Shown piece after piece: positions 1-11,091 of a stretch of 64,000 bases of DNA. Under the pieces are notes generated by a model. That model made no database searches. It had not been told where the DNA came from and saw only the letters and a list, made by a program, of their open reading frames with translations. The stretch's first letter is position 1; each line of letters starts with the position of its first letter. This stretch comes from an uncultured SAR86 cluster bacterium (GTDB lineage: Bacteria; Pseudomonadota; Gammaproteobacteria; Magnimaribacterales; Magnimaribacteraceae): assembly GCA_902630715.1 (NCBI GenBank), contig CACOVO010000002.1:20603-84602 (forward strand), in the 5' to 3' direction. Position numbers and translations under genes: made by a program.

Positions 1-736
1 CAAAAACTAAAGCAGTACAAGTAAAAAAATAAAAGGCAGAGTGGAGCTTAAGAGAATAAGCCATAAAAACCAGTAAAGAGACGGAAAATACATGGAAAAC
101 AAGAAAAAATTGAACCACATAGTCACCAAAATATATCGCAGAGGAGTTAATTCCAAGATCTAAATCATCTTGCTTATCGCAAAGTGCATATGCAGTGTCG
201 TAGGCAATGATCCAAAAGAAACAAGATGTAAATAACAAAAGGCTTTCATAAGAAATTTGATTAGTTTCCGCAGCAGAAACCATCAATATTCCCCAAGAAA
301 ATGTCAAACCCAAGAAGAGTTGTGGCACAGCTAAGAATCTTTTTGACAGAGGATATAAGACAGCTAAACCAAGACCAGCTAAGGCCGTTAAAAAAGTTAA
401 ATTATTCATCCATAAAAGTAATGAAGCCGAAATTGCTACCAACAAACCGAATAAAATCAAAGCTTCCTCTTCAGTGACTTGACCTCTAGGTAGTGGCCTA
501 TCTTTTGTTCTTTCAACTTTTCCGTCGAAATCTCTATCAAAATAATCATTGATAACACAACCTGCTGACCTCATTAAGAAAGTGCCAAGAACAAATAAAC
601 ACATGAGAAAGGGACTTGGACTTCCGTTAGTTAAGACGAAGAAGGCCGACATGGTTGGCCATAAAAGCAGGGCAGTACCAATTGGTTTATCTGCTCTCAT
701 TAATTTAAAAAAAGCTGAAAGTTTCTCTTTATTCAC
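1..736 (-). CDS. ubiA: 4-hydroxybenzoate polyprenyltransferase (3' part runs off the window)
   Basis: Not in ORF track. Manual minus-strand translation from GTG at 736 gives MNKEKLSAFFKLMRADKPIGTALLLWPT, followed by AGCVIND.FDRDFDGKVERTKDRPL and AYDTAYALCDKQDD, which are UbiA motifs. Confidence 0.93.
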   Translation of the reverse strand, partial: MNKEKLSAFFKLMRADKPIGTALLLWPTMSAFFVLTNGSPSPFLMCLFVLGTFLMRSAGCVINDYFDRDFDGKVERTKDRPLPRGQVTEEEALILFGLLVAISASLLLWMNNLTFLTALAGLGLAVLYPLSKRFLAVPQLFLGLTFSWGILMVSAAETNQISYESLLLFTSCFFWIIAYDTAYALCDKQDDLDLGINSSAIYFGDYVVQFFLVFHVFSVSLLVFMAYSLKLHSAFYFFTCTALVF

Positions 737-831
737 AATTTAAAGTCAATCCTGATTTGGAAGATTGCTACTTTAGTCTAAGTTGAGAATAAAGTTGAGT
801 TAGAATATAACTTTTTTGATAGGAGTGTTGA

Positions 832-999
832 TTGAAAAAGTGGGAATGTATTGTCTGCGGACTTATTTATGATGAGGAAGAAGGCTGGCCAGACGATGGT
901 ATCGAACCAGGAACTAGATGGGAAGATGTTCCAGAAGATTGGATCTGCCCTGATTGTGGTGTGGGTAAAGAAGATTTCGAAATGGTAGAAATCACATAA
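832..999 (+). CDS. rubA: Rubredoxin (55 aa)
   Basis: Below ORF-track cutoff. TTG start after AGGAG (821-825); [55 protein letters not shown] has two CxxCG motifs. Confidence 0.96.
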   Translation: MKKWECIVCGLIYDEEEGWPDDGIEPGTRWEDVPEDWICPDCGVGKEDFEMVEIT

Positions 1000-1002
1000 A
1001 CT

Positions 1003-2265
1003 ATGAATTTAACCTCGAGAATAATCCTAGCCATGCTCTTGGCTACGATAGGGGGAATATCGCTCAAATTTTTTAATGATGGAGGTTATCTTGGCTCCTT
1101 TGGAGAACTTATCTTGGTGGATTTTTTTACTGAGGGTGTTTTAGACATTATAGGTCAGATATTTATTGCATCTCTAAGATTGGTAATTGTTCCTCTAGTC
1201 TTCTTTTCACTAGTATGTGGAGTTGTATCCATATCATCCACCTCAAGGCTAGGATCAATTAGTATCAAGACTTTATCCTTGTATCTATTAACAACGGCAA
1301 TAGCTATATCATTAGCGTTGGCCTTTGCCTTATTATTTAATCCTGGAGTAGGAATTGATTTGGCACTTCCAACTTCATTTGAGTCAGCATCTGCACCTTC
1401 TTTGAAGGAAGTGTTGATTAACATCTTTCCTACTAATCCTGTTGCCGCAATGGCTGAAGGAAATATGCTTCAAATTATAGTTTTCTCTTTATTGTTTGGT
1501 ATTGCGCTGAAGAGTCTTGGCTCTGCCGGGGAGTCTCTCAAAAGATCATTCGAAGTTCTAAATGAACTGATGATAAATCTTGTAAAAATGCTCATAGAGG
1601 TTGCACCTTACGGAATTTTCGCACTTCTCTTCTCGTTATTTGCTGTTCAAGGTTTTGGTATGATTGGCGATTTGGCAAAATACTTCTTTCTATTGGTATT
1701 TGTTCTTATTTTCCATGCATTTTTTACATACGGAAGTCTTCTGTCAATTTTGGGAAGAGTGAACCCAGCATTATTTTTCACTAAAGTAAGATCATTGGCG
1801 GTCTTTGCTTTTAGCACTTCTTCAAGTAGCGCAACTATGCCAATCACACTTGACACAGTAAAGAATCAGCTCGGAGTAAGACCCTCTATTGGTTCTTTTA
1901 CAGTGCCGCTTGGTGCAACAATAAATATGGATGGAACAGCAATAATGCAAGGCATTGCAACCGTATTCATATCACAAGCCTACAACATCGACCTAACGAT
2001 GATTGATTACTTAATGGTTATTCTTACTGCCACACTTGCTTCAATTGGAACTGCAGGAGTTCCCGGTGTAGGTTTGATCATGTTAGCTATGGTACTTGAG
2101 CAAGTAGGACTGCCCGTTGAGGGCATTGCATTAATAATAGGAGTGGATAGATTGTTAGATATGACAAGAACAGCTGTTAATGTTTGTGGTGATGCAATGG
2201 TTTCATGTGTAGTTGCAATTTCTGAAGATGAATTTGATTCAGAAATTTTCAGTTCAAAAAATTAA
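1003..2265 (+). CDS. Dicarboxylate/amino acid:cation symporter (DAACS, GltP-like)
   Basis: AFSTSSSSATMP, GATINMDGTA, SIGTAGVPG and GVDRLLDMTRT motifs. Confidence 0.93.
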   Translation: MNLTSRIILAMLLATIGGISLKFFNDGGYLGSFGELILVDFFTEGVLDIIGQIFIASLRLVIVPLVFFSLVCGVVSISSTSRLGSISIKTLSLYLLTTAIAISLALAFALLFNPGVGIDLALPTSFESASAPSLKEVLINIFPTNPVAAMAEGNMLQIIVFSLLFGIALKSLGSAGESLKRSFEVLNELMINLVKMLIEVAPYGIFALLFSLFAVQGFGMIGDLAKYFFLLVFVLIFHAFFTYGSLLSILGRVNPALFFTKVRSLAVFAFSTSSSSATMPITLDTVKNQLGVRPSIGSFTVPLGATINMDGTAIMQGIATVFISQAYNIDLTMIDYLMVILTATLASIGTAGVPGVGLIMLAMVLEQVGLPVEGIALIIGVDRLLDMTRTAVNVCGDAMVSCVVAISEDEFDSEIFSSKN

Positions 2266-2337
2266 TATTTTAATTAAAACACTATACCGTTAGACTACTC
2301 ACTTAAATTAGCAATTCCAGTATTTTTAGGAGAAAAA

Positions 2338-4344
2338 ATGTTAGAAAGTTACCTTGCGATACCCCCATTACTTGGAGTCTTGGGCTTATTAGTTGCTTTA
2401 GGGATTTATATAGTCGTTACAAGATTTCCTGAGGGCGAGGAGAGTGTAAAAAAAATAGGCGACCAGATTCATCTAGGAGCAATGACTTTTATGAAAACTG
2501 AATATACTTATTTAAGTATTTTTGCATTAGCCGTGATAGTTCTTGTTTGGTTTTCTTTAGGCGAAGGAACAGCCATTGCCGTTCTAGCTGGCGCTCTATC
2601 CTCTTCCATAGCTGGGTGGATAGGTATGTATTCTGCTACTAAAGCCAATGTTAGAACCGCTACAGCCGCATCGGATTCAGGCGCTGAAGCTGCATTATCT
2701 GTCGCTTTCTATGGCGGCTCTATAATGGGCTTATGTGTTGCATCTTTAGGCCTTATTGGGCTCGGTAGTCTTTTTTATATTTTAAGTGGAGATGCTCATT
2801 CCATTGAAGGATTTGCGATGGGAGCTTCCATTGTTGCTCTCTTTTCAAGAGTAGGAGGAGGTATCTATACCAAAAGTGCAGATGTTGGAGCCGATTTAGT
2901 GGGTAAAGTAGAAGCCGGAATTCCTGAGGATGATCCCAGGAATCCAGGTGTGATTGCAGACAATGTCGGTGATAATGTGGGAGATATAGCTGGAATGGGT
3001 TCTGACATTTTCGAATCTTATTGTGGTTCTATGGTTGCTTGTATAGCCATAGCATCTACTTATTTAATTACTTCTGAATTTACGCAAGCACAAAAAGAGG
3101 GAATGATGTTCCTGCCATTGGCACTAGCTTCAATAGGCTTGATATCATCAATAGTTGGAATTGTCATAGTTAGATTATTCTCTAAGTCTTCACCAGCAAG
3201 CGCGATGAGATGGGGGACTATGGGTGCTCCACTGATATTCATTGTTGCAGCTTACTTCGTTACTAATACTTTAGTTGGAAGCAGCGGCTTCGATGTTTGG
3301 TTAGCAGTAGTTTGTGGTTCAGTTGGAGGAATAGCAATAGGCCTAATCACTGAATACTATACGGGTTCAAGTCCAGTGGTAAAAATAGCTGAATCAGGCC
3401 AAACCGGCTCCGCGACTGTTATGATTACTGGCCTCTCAGTTGGAATGCAATCTGTTGTTTTACCTATTGCCTGTATTATCCTAATAATTTATATCTCAAC
3501 CGAGCTAACCGGGCTTTATGGTGTTGGGATTGCAGCTGTCGGGATGCTCTCAACTGTGGGAATAACAATGGCAATAGATGCTTATGGGCCTGTTGCAGAT
3601 AATGCTGGTGGCATAGCTGAAATGGCTGGTATGCCTTCTGAAACCAGGGTTATCACTGACGAGCTTGATGAACAGGGCAATACAACAGCAGCTATAGGTA
3701 AGGGATTTGCAATTGGGGCTGCGGCACTTGCTGCACTTGCTATCATTTCTGCATTTGTTTCGACGGTATCTGCTAATAGGACAGAGCCATTAGAGCTTCT
3801 TTTATCTAATCCGACGGTGCTGATAGGAATATTCATTGGAGGAGCTATACCTTTCTTGATTGCTTCAATAACAATGACTGCAGTTGGAGATGCGGCTTTC
3901 GAGATGATTAACGAAATAAGGAGACAGTTTAAAGAGATACCAGGACTTCTAGAAGGAAATGCTGAACCAGATACGGCTAAATGTGTTGATATTGCAACAG
4001 GAGCCGCACTTAAGAAGATGCTACTTCCTGGGATTATTGCTGTTTCTGCTCCTCCATTTGTTGGTCTTGGAATTGGTGCTGAAGCTTTAGGTGGAATGCT
4101 GGCCGGGGGCCTTTTAGTATGTGTTTTGATGGCTCTCTTTATGGCTAATGCCGGCGGTGCTTGGGATAATGCTAAAAAGTACATTGAGAAAGGAAATTTA
4201 GGAGGCAAAGGAACAGATACTCACTCAGCTGCTGTCGTAGGAGATACCGTTGGAGATCCATTTAAAGACACTTCAGGGCCTTCAATGAATATCTTGATTA
4301 ATGTTATGGCGATTGTAAGTTTAGTGATCGCTCCTCTTCTTTAA
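2338..4344 (+). CDS. hppA: Membrane-bound ion-translocating pyrophosphatase (K+-dependent, probably Na+-pumping)
   Basis: [32 protein letters not shown] and [14 protein letters not shown] motifs. Confidence 0.96.
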   Translation: MLESYLAIPPLLGVLGLLVALGIYIVVTRFPEGEESVKKIGDQIHLGAMTFMKTEYTYLSIFALAVIVLVWFSLGEGTAIAVLAGALSSSIAGWIGMYSATKANVRTATAASDSGAEAALSVAFYGGSIMGLCVASLGLIGLGSLFYILSGDAHSIEGFAMGASIVALFSRVGGGIYTKSADVGADLVGKVEAGIPEDDPRNPGVIADNVGDNVGDIAGMGSDIFESYCGSMVACIAIASTYLITSEFTQAQKEGMMFLPLALASIGLISSIVGIVIVRLFSKSSPASAMRWGTMGAPLIFIVAAYFVTNTLVGSSGFDVWLAVVCGSVGGIAIGLITEYYTGSSPVVKIAESGQTGSATVMITGLSVGMQSVVLPIACIILIIYISTELTGLYGVGIAAVGMLSTVGITMAIDAYGPVADNAGGIAEMAGMPSETRVITDELDEQGNTTAAIGKGFAIGAAALAALAIISAFVSTVSANRTEPLELLLSNPTVLIGIFIGGAIPFLIASITMTAVGDAAFEMINEIRRQFKEIPGLLEGNAEPDTAKCVDIATGAALKKMLLPGIIAVSAPPFVGLGIGAEALGGMLAGGLLVCVLMALFMANAGGAWDNAKKYIEKGNLGGKGTDTHSAAVVGDTVGDPFKDTSGPSMNILINVMAIVSLVIAPLL

Positions 4345-4784
4345 TCCTTAAGATTTTTTTCCATTACCTTATGAGGTATGCCCGTATCAGATTGGTACGG
4401 GCCTAGCTCCTTGTAACCAAGACTTAAATAAAAGCTAATTGCATTTTCCCTCGCATTAAGAACCATTTTATGAGCACCATTCTTTAGAGCATATCTTTCT
4501 AATTTGAAGACTATCTCAGTGCCTAGTCCTTGCCTTTTAAATCTGTCATCAACTGCCATATATCTTATTTGAGCTTCTTGTCTTGAATTGAAATGCACTC
4601 TACCAGAAGCAATTACTTTTTTTTCCTTATCAATTCCCATCAAATGATAGCTATCGCTCTCAATAGGATCAGATAGTGACTCTTTAGACATGCCTAAAGG
4701 CTTACGAAGAATTTCCCACCTAAAGTGCAGATAATCTTCCCATTCCTCATTATTATTAGGTGACTTAATTGTGTAATTAGGCAT
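4341..4784 (-). CDS. GNAT family N-acetyltransferase (similar to YiiD N-terminal domain)
   Basis: FRWEILRKPLG; QIRYMAVDDRFKRQGLG acetyl-CoA motif; NARENAISFY.SLGY. Confidence 0.85.
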   Translation of the reverse strand: MPNYTIKSPNNNEEWEDYLHFRWEILRKPLGMSKESLSDPIESDSYHLMGIDKEKKVIASGRVHFNSRQEAQIRYMAVDDRFKRQGLGTEIVFKLERYALKNGAHKMVLNARENAISFYLSLGYKELGPYQSDTGIPHKVMEKNLKD

Positions 4785-4805
4785 ATACAGTGGTTAGATT
4801 TTACA

Positions 4806-5537
4806 ATGAGAACTATGGGAAAGCAGGATAATATTTATGAAAGTGGAAATTTAAGTGGTCTACCCTTCGCTTTTAACAAAGAAGTAACAGAAGTCTTTGA
4901 AGATATGATTGACAGGTCCGTACCTGGTTATAAGACAAGCTTGAGTCTAATTTCACTTTTTGCAAAACAATACTATCAAGAAGGCACCAATTGTTATGAT
5001 CTTGGCTGTTCATTAGGTGCTTCCAGTCTTTCTGTATTGAAATCTATTCCAAGTGCAAGAGTTATAGGCATTGATAATTCTAAAGCGATGATTGAAGAAT
5101 GTTTATCTAGATTTGAGACGCTCATAACAAATCAGTCTCTAAGTTTTCTTTGCGAGGATATTATGAAGAGTGAAATAAGAAATGCATCTTTCATTACAGT
5201 GAACTATTTAGTTCAATTCTTAGATCTAGCCCAGAGAGACAATCTATTTAAAAAAATTCATAAAGCTCTTTTACCAGGAGGAATTTTATTGATGTCGGAA
5301 AAAGTTCATTATGAGAACTCTTACGAATCAAACAGAATTTTTAAAACTCACCATAAATTCAAGTCAGTGAATGGATATTCTCAATTAGAAATATCCAGCA
5401 AACGGGATTCTTTAGAAGGAGTGTTAATCACCGAAAGCGAAGATGATCATTTTCTAAGAGGGAGAAGAGTAGGATTTGAAAGATCAGCGAAGGTTCTCTC
5501 CAATTTAAATTTCAGAACCTTAATATTTTTTAAGTGA
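4806..5537 (+). CDS. cmoA: Carboxy-S-adenosyl-L-methionine synthase
   Basis: VFEDMIDRSVPGY, YDLGCSLGA and GYSQLEISSKR motifs; adjacent to cmoB. Confidence 0.92.
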   Translation: MRTMGKQDNIYESGNLSGLPFAFNKEVTEVFEDMIDRSVPGYKTSLSLISLFAKQYYQEGTNCYDLGCSLGASSLSVLKSIPSARVIGIDNSKAMIEECLSRFETLITNQSLSFLCEDIMKSEIRNASFITVNYLVQFLDLAQRDNLFKKIHKALLPGGILLMSEKVHYENSYESNRIFKTHHKFKSVNGYSQLEISSKRDSLEGVLITESEDDHFLRGRRVGFERSAKVLSNLNFRTLIFFK

Positions 5538-6469
5538 GTATGTTTATATCCAAAGAAATAGAGGATTTATTAAGGCCTTACAAAATAAACCCATTTGGAG
5601 AAAAGAAAGACAGGAGAGCTAAAGATTGGATGACTTTGCTAAACGAACTGCCCATTTGTGAAAATGGAGAGGTCAGTTTACTTGATGAAGTAGGTGTAGA
5701 TTTTCAAGACAAAGATAGCAACTCTATTAAAAACGTATTATTAAAATTTTTGCCTTGGCGTAAAGGTCCTTTCAGAATAAATGATGTATTTGTCGATAGT
5801 GAATGGGATTCCAGTAAAAAATGGAATAGGTTTCGTAGCTTAAATTTAGATTTAAAAGATAAGATAGTTCTTGATGTAGGTTCTGGAAATGGATATTACG
5901 CCTTCAGAATGATTGGAGAGGGAGTTGATAAAGTTCTCTGTTTAGAACCCAATCTTGTTCATGTTTCTCAATTTCATTCAATTAATCACTTCATACGATC
6001 TGGAAAAATTAAGATACTTCCGGAGCGTTTGGAAGAATCCGGTTTAAAAAGTACAAAATTTGACTATATATTTAGCATGGGACTTCTCTATCATCAAAGA
6101 AATCCCAAAAGCCATCTCTCTGATTTAAAAGGTCTCTTGAGAAAAAAAGGCAGGTTGGTATTAGAAACAATTATTGCTCCTAGAGTATTTGGAAGATTTT
6201 TGCAGCCTGAGAATGGAAAATACGCATCAATGCCCAACGTTCATTTCATTCATACCGAATTGGGTTGTAAGGAAGTTTTTGAGCAATTAGGTTTAAAAGT
6301 GATTGGCGAAACTGATCCTGCAATAACAAGCTTGGAAGAACAACGAATGACTGATTGGATGCCGTTTAAATCATTTGAATCTGCTTTAAATAAGCAAGAT
6401 AAATCTTTAACAATCGAAGGCTATCCAGCACCCTCAAGAAAATTTTATATCTTGGAAAAAATTAATTAA
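5534..6469 (+). CDS. cmoB: tRNA U34 carboxymethyltransferase
   Basis: PWRKGPF, DSEW, LDVGSGNGY, SMGLLYH, EQRMTDWM and TIEGYPAP motifs. Confidence 0.92.
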   Translation: MSMFISKEIEDLLRPYKINPFGEKKDRRAKDWMTLLNELPICENGEVSLLDEVGVDFQDKDSNSIKNVLLKFLPWRKGPFRINDVFVDSEWDSSKKWNRFRSLNLDLKDKIVLDVGSGNGYYAFRMIGEGVDKVLCLEPNLVHVSQFHSINHFIRSGKIKILPERLEESGLKSTKFDYIFSMGLLYHQRNPKSHLSDLKGLLRKKGRLVLETIIAPRVFGRFLQPENGKYASMPNVHFIHTELGCKEVFEQLGLKVIGETDPAITSLEEQRMTDWMPFKSFESALNKQDKSLTIEGYPAPSRKFYILEKIN

Positions 6470-8550
6470 GATTCAGAATAGTCAACTCGATTTCCAATCC
6501 ATCTATCTACAAGAATCTTTGAGAAAATCTTGTCATTTTTACCCAGATCCAAAGCTTCTTCTTGAGCTTCAATCAATAAATTTGAATCTCTTATGGGATT
6601 CGCTATTTTGAGGTCCATCAATCCAGATTGTCTAAGGCCATAGATGTCTCCAGCACCTCTTAATTCCAAATCCTTCTCGGCAATCTGAAATCCATCATTA
6701 GTTTTCTTCATAGTCTCTATTCTTTCTTCAGCGAGATTCGATAAAGGTTCTTTGTGTAGAAGAAGACAATGAGATTCAGTATTCGCTTTTCTCCCTACAC
6801 GACCTCTCAACTGATGTAGTTGAGATAAACCTAATCTCTCAGGGTTTTCAATAATCATTAATGTAGCATCTGGTACGTCCACGCCAACTTCTATGACAGT
6901 TGTGCAAACTAGAAGTTGGATATCCCCATTTCTAAATTTTTCAATTACAGAATCTTTTTTATCTTTTTTTAACCTTCCATGAACAAGCCCAACTTTAATC
7001 CTTGGTAGCGAATCTGAGATTTCACTATATAGTTCTTCAGCTGACTTTGCTTCAAGCTCGTCTGATTCCTCAATAAGAGTACATACCCAATAAGCCCTTT
7101 TTCCTGTGAGACATACTTCTTCAACCCTTTTAATAACTTTTTCGCGTAATGAGTTGGGTCTAGAAGATGTTTGAACAGGATTTCTTCCGTGTGGAAGCTC
7201 ATCAATTATTGAAGTTTCTAATGAACCATAAACTGTCATAGCTAAAGTTCTTGGTATGGGAGTAGCTGTCATAATCAATTGATGAGGACTTGTAGACCCG
7301 TCCCCCCCTTTTTCAAGCATAGAAAACCTTTGATGCACTCCAAATCTATGCTGCTCATCAATTACAGTCAGCCCGAGATTCTTAAACTCTATGCTAAGTT
7401 GAAATATTGCGTGAGTGCCTACAATAATATCAATCTCACCTTTTTTAAGATTGTCTGTGATTAACTGCCTATCCTTAGCTTTTGTTGAGCCAGTCAGTAA
7501 ACTTACTCTAATGCCAATGCTATCGAACCATCCTTTAAAAGATTCGAAGTGCTGTTCTGCAAGAATTTCCGTTGGGCACAATAAAGCTGTTTGCCATCCA
7601 TTAGATTGGGCATGAAGAGCGGCTAATGCGCCTATAAGTGTTTTTCCTGATCCAACATCACCTTGTAACAATCTCCTCATAGGTAAGTCTGATGTAAGGT
7701 CATTTTTTATTTCTTCCCACACTCTGTTCTGGGCTTTAGTCATATTAAAAGGCAAAGAATCTAGGAACCCATCTTCATCAAGACTAACATCTTTCATAAG
7801 CGGACCCTTTCTGCCTTTAAGTTCATTTTTCAAAATACCTGCACATAACATATGGGCAACAAGCTCTTCTTTAATTAAGGCTTGCTGAGCTGGATGTTTT
7901 CCGGAAATTAATTCGTTGAGATTCGTATCAACAGGAGGTTTATGAAGAAATTTTAGAGTTTCAAGTAAACTTCCATGTTCTGAATAGTGCTTGTTCCTTG
8001 ATTCTTCCTTGAGGATGTTATTTTTGTCACAAAAATCTAAAGAATCTTCAATTATTTTTCTCAGTTTATTCTGCTGTAACCCAGACGTAGTGGGATATAT
8101 TGGCGTCAGATTTTTTTCTATATCAATTGAATCCTCTTTTTCAAAGACTTGATATTGAGGATGAATCATTTGTTTTCCGTTTGGCCCTGGGGTTACTGTT
8201 CCAAAGCATCTGATCATCTTGCCTTCTTGTAAGGCTTTGTGTTGTGCCATTGCAAAGTTAAACATTCTCATCGTTAACTTGCCAGTTCCATCGTAAATCT
8301 CTGAAAAAAGCATTCTCCTTCCTCTAAAAACAACAGTTGATTTCATTATCTCTCCTTCGATAAGTACAGGAGTTTGATAATTAGCCTCTCCAATCTTAGT
8401 AATAAAGCTTCTATCTTCATAACGAAATGGCAGATGAAAGGCTGCATCGGAAATAGAAAAAATACCTAAGTTATTCAGTGACTGAGTGCTTTTCGGGCCG
8501 ACGCCCTTTAAGTTATTAATAGCATGAAGATCTTTAAAGTCTTCAGTCAT
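6466..8550 (-). CDS. recG: ATP-dependent DNA helicase RecG
   Basis: LLQGDVGSGKT, DEQHRFGVHQR, MTATPIPRT and QLHQLRGRVGR motifs. Confidence 0.97.
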   Translation of the reverse strand: MTEDFKDLHAINNLKGVGPKSTQSLNNLGIFSISDAAFHLPFRYEDRSFITKIGEANYQTPVLIEGEIMKSTVVFRGRRMLFSEIYDGTGKLTMRMFNFAMAQHKALQEGKMIRCFGTVTPGPNGKQMIHPQYQVFEKEDSIDIEKNLTPIYPTTSGLQQNKLRKIIEDSLDFCDKNNILKEESRNKHYSEHGSLLETLKFLHKPPVDTNLNELISGKHPAQQALIKEELVAHMLCAGILKNELKGRKGPLMKDVSLDEDGFLDSLPFNMTKAQNRVWEEIKNDLTSDLPMRRLLQGDVGSGKTLIGALAALHAQSNGWQTALLCPTEILAEQHFESFKGWFDSIGIRVSLLTGSTKAKDRQLITDNLKKGEIDIIVGTHAIFQLSIEFKNLGLTVIDEQHRFGVHQRFSMLEKGGDGSTSPHQLIMTATPIPRTLAMTVYGSLETSIIDELPHGRNPVQTSSRPNSLREKVIKRVEEVCLTGKRAYWVCTLIEESDELEAKSAEELYSEISDSLPRIKVGLVHGRLKKDKKDSVIEKFRNGDIQLLVCTTVIEVGVDVPDATLMIIENPERLGLSQLHQLRGRVGRKANTESHCLLLHKEPLSNLAEERIETMKKTNDGFQIAEKDLELRGAGDIYGLRQSGLMDLKIANPIRDSNLLIEAQEEALDLGKNDKIFSKILVDRWIGNRVDYSES

Positions 8551-8553
8551 TAC

Positions 8554-8934
8554 CTATATTTCTTTAGCTAAGATTGCCTCAACTTCAATCAACGAATCCA
8601 AAGGAAGCCTCGCCACTTGTAGTGCAGCACGAGCAGGATAAGGCTCTTTGAACAAGTCTTTCATGACATCATTAACTTTGTTAAAAAGAGAAAGATCCTG
8701 CAAAGATACATTAAGTTTAACAATATGATTGAGGCTCAATCCGGCCTCTTTACACAGAGCTTCAACATTACTGAATACTTGTCTTATTTGGTTTTCACCG
8801 CCTTCAACGAGCTCCATGGTATTAGGATCCAGGGGAATTTGACCAGAAAGGAAGATAAGGCTTTCAGTCTCGATACCTTGGGAGTAGGGGCCGATGGCTT
8901 CAGGAGCTTCTTTGGAATTTAACTGCTTTTTCAT
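8554..8934 (-). CDS. ridA: RidA family enamine/imine deaminase
   Basis: APEAIGPYSQ, SGQIPLDP and PARAALQVARLP; start moved to ATG 8934, just after the spoT stop. Confidence 0.9.
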   Translation of the reverse strand: MKKQLNSKEAPEAIGPYSQGIETESLIFLSGQIPLDPNTMELVEGGENQIRQVFSNVEALCKEAGLSLNHIVKLNVSLQDLSLFNKVNDVMKDLFKEPYPARAALQVARLPLDSLIEVEAILAKEI

Positions 8935-8935
8935 A

Positions 8936-11080
8936 TTAATGTAAGGCTTGAGCTTGTCGCATTTCCCAATCATGTATGCGAGAAACAGATACGATGTTAC
9001 TTAGGGAGCGAATTTTTCTTAATATTTTTGAAAGATGCAACCTATCGATTACTTCAAGATCAAGAACAAACTCATGCATTCCAGTGTTTATTTCTGTTGT
9101 TTGAATTGAAGCAATATTTGTTTCTTGACTTGTTATTACTGAAGCAAGGTTAGCTAAGAGGCCTGGTTCGTCTTTTCCCACAACCTTTATTTGCGCATTG
9201 AATAATCTGCCAGCTGGCTCTCCCCAGTTTATTGGGAAGCATTGCTGTCGATCTTCTCTAACCGAAAGAATATTTTTACATCTCTCTTGATGAACAACTA
9301 AACCTCTTTCAGCAGTAAAGTGTCCTATCACTGAGTCTCCCGGTATAGGCTTACAACACACTGCATAATTCACAATGAGACCTTCGGAGCCAGTTATTTC
9401 AAGCGGAACAATCTCACTGGCTTTGTGACTACTAGTCTCTTTTAGGAATCCAATGATTTGTTGAGCCACAATATTACCTACCCTCAAACCCAAGCCTATT
9501 TCTTCTAGTAGTCTATTTAAGCTTCGAACACCAATGTTATTTAAAACCTTCCTCAAGTCTTTTTTGTCGATATCTCTCAGCTTTATGTCCATATTTGCTA
9601 GTGACTGCTCAAGAAGTTTTTTCCCAAATTTTCTTGCTTCAGATGTCTTAAGATTGCTTAGATAATGTCGAATACTATTTCTTGCCCTTGGAGTAGTAGC
9701 AAAGTTCAGCCATGCTGGTGAAGTTTGAGGCACTTTATCTGTGAGAATCTCTATAGTTTGACCGCTTTCAAGTGGCACACTTAATGGTGCCAATCTTCTA
9801 TTTATCCTGCATGCCTTACAATGATGACCAATATCTGTGTGAACAGCATAAGCAAAATCAATTGGCGTTGAACCTCCAGACATTTCAATGATTTTCCCTT
9901 GCGGTGTAAACACATAAATTTCATCAGGGAAAATGTCTGTTTTTACCGACTCAATAAATTCCTCGGTCGAATCAAAGTTATCTCTCATTTCAAGCAGTCC
10001 TGCTACCCATTTCCTAGCTCTTATTTGTGGGCTTGTATCAGATTGGTTTCCAGATTTATAAAGCCAATGAGAGGCAATTCCATTCTCAGCCATATCATTC
10101 ATTTCTTGAGTTTTGATTTGTACTTCTATTGGAAAGCCTTTCAATCCAACAACACCAGTATGCAAAGACTGATAGCCATTAGATTTAGGTATAGCAATGT
10201 AATCTTTAAACCTTCCTTCAACAGGTTTATAAAGATTATGTATATGCCCAAGTGTGCGGTAGCAATTTTCTGGTGTATCAACAATTATTTTAATTGCATA
10301 AACGTCCATTATTTCCTCAAAAGATCTCTGCCTTTTTTTCATCTTTCTATAAATGCTATAAATATGCTTCTCCCTACCTTCAACAAACGCCGGTATTCCT
10401 TGATCTAAAAGTTTTTTATTAAGCTCTTTTTGTATTTTGTTTAGTGTCCTTTTTTGACCACCTCTATTTTTTTTAACGGCAGCTTTTAGTCTCTCATATC
10501 GAGTAGGATAAGTAACTTTGAAAGCAAGATCTTCCAGCTCCCTGTAAACATTATTCATGCCAATTCTATGAGCGATTGGCGCATAAATTTCCAATGTTTC
10601 TTTTGCTATTTTTAATTGTTTTTCTCTATTAAGGTACAAGAGAGTTCTCATATTATGAAGTCTGTCAGCTAGCTTTACGACTATAACTCTGATGTCTTTA
10701 GACATGGCCAATACCATCTTTTGAAGGTTTTCTGCCTCAGCTTCAGTTCTGCTAGAGATAGATAACTTATCTAATTTACTTACCCCATCTACTAAATTAG
10801 CGACTTCTTTATTAAATTTCTTTTCAATGACACTTTTTGGAATTCCAGTATCTTCAATAACATCATGCAGCATTGCAGCTGATAAGCTGTCTTCATCCAT
10901 TCTGAATGAACTCAGGATCGATGCTACAGCTATAGGATGGGTAACATAAGGGTCGCCGCTCGACCTGTATTGGCCTGAGTGAGCCTCGCAAGCGAAGTTA
11001 TAAGCTTGATTAACCTGCTTAACTTTTTTCGGATCTAAATAATCCGAAAGTTTTTTTGATAATGCTCCAATTGATTCCAT
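8936..11080 (-). CDS. spoT: Bifunctional (p)ppGpp synthetase/hydrolase
   Basis: Intact HD motif (LHDVIED), KLADRLHNMRT, RFKDYIA, TGS and ACT domains; lies after rpoZ. Confidence 0.96.
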   Translation of the reverse strand: MESIGALSKKLSDYLDPKKVKQVNQAYNFACEAHSGQYRSSGDPYVTHPIAVASILSSFRMDEDSLSAAMLHDVIEDTGIPKSVIEKKFNKEVANLVDGVSKLDKLSISSRTEAEAENLQKMVLAMSKDIRVIVVKLADRLHNMRTLLYLNREKQLKIAKETLEIYAPIAHRIGMNNVYRELEDLAFKVTYPTRYERLKAAVKKNRGGQKRTLNKIQKELNKKLLDQGIPAFVEGREKHIYSIYRKMKKRQRSFEEIMDVYAIKIIVDTPENCYRTLGHIHNLYKPVEGRFKDYIAIPKSNGYQSLHTGVVGLKGFPIEVQIKTQEMNDMAENGIASHWLYKSGNQSDTSPQIRARKWVAGLLEMRDNFDSTEEFIESVKTDIFPDEIYVFTPQGKIIEMSGGSTPIDFAYAVHTDIGHHCKACRINRRLAPLSVPLESGQTIEILTDKVPQTSPAWLNFATTPRARNSIRHYLSNLKTSEARKFGKKLLEQSLANMDIKLRDIDKKDLRKVLNNIGVRSLNRLLEEIGLGLRVGNIVAQQIIGFLKETSSHKASEIVPLEITGSEGLIVNYAVCCKPIPGDSVIGHFTAERGLVVHQERCKNILSVREDRQQCFPINWGEPAGRLFNAQIKVVGKDEPGLLANLASVITSQETNIASIQTTEINTGMHEFVLDLEVIDRLHLSKILRKIRSLSNIVSVSRIHDWEMRQAQALH

Positions 11081-11091
11081 AAAAAACTACT

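Noticed and set aside
549-1067. Track ORFs 549-743 (+) and 867-1067 (-)
   Set aside because: They are antisense to ubiA and the rubredoxin, which are the real genes
3582-4208. 208-aa antisense ORF
   Set aside because: It is the shadow of hppA on the opposite strand and has no motifs
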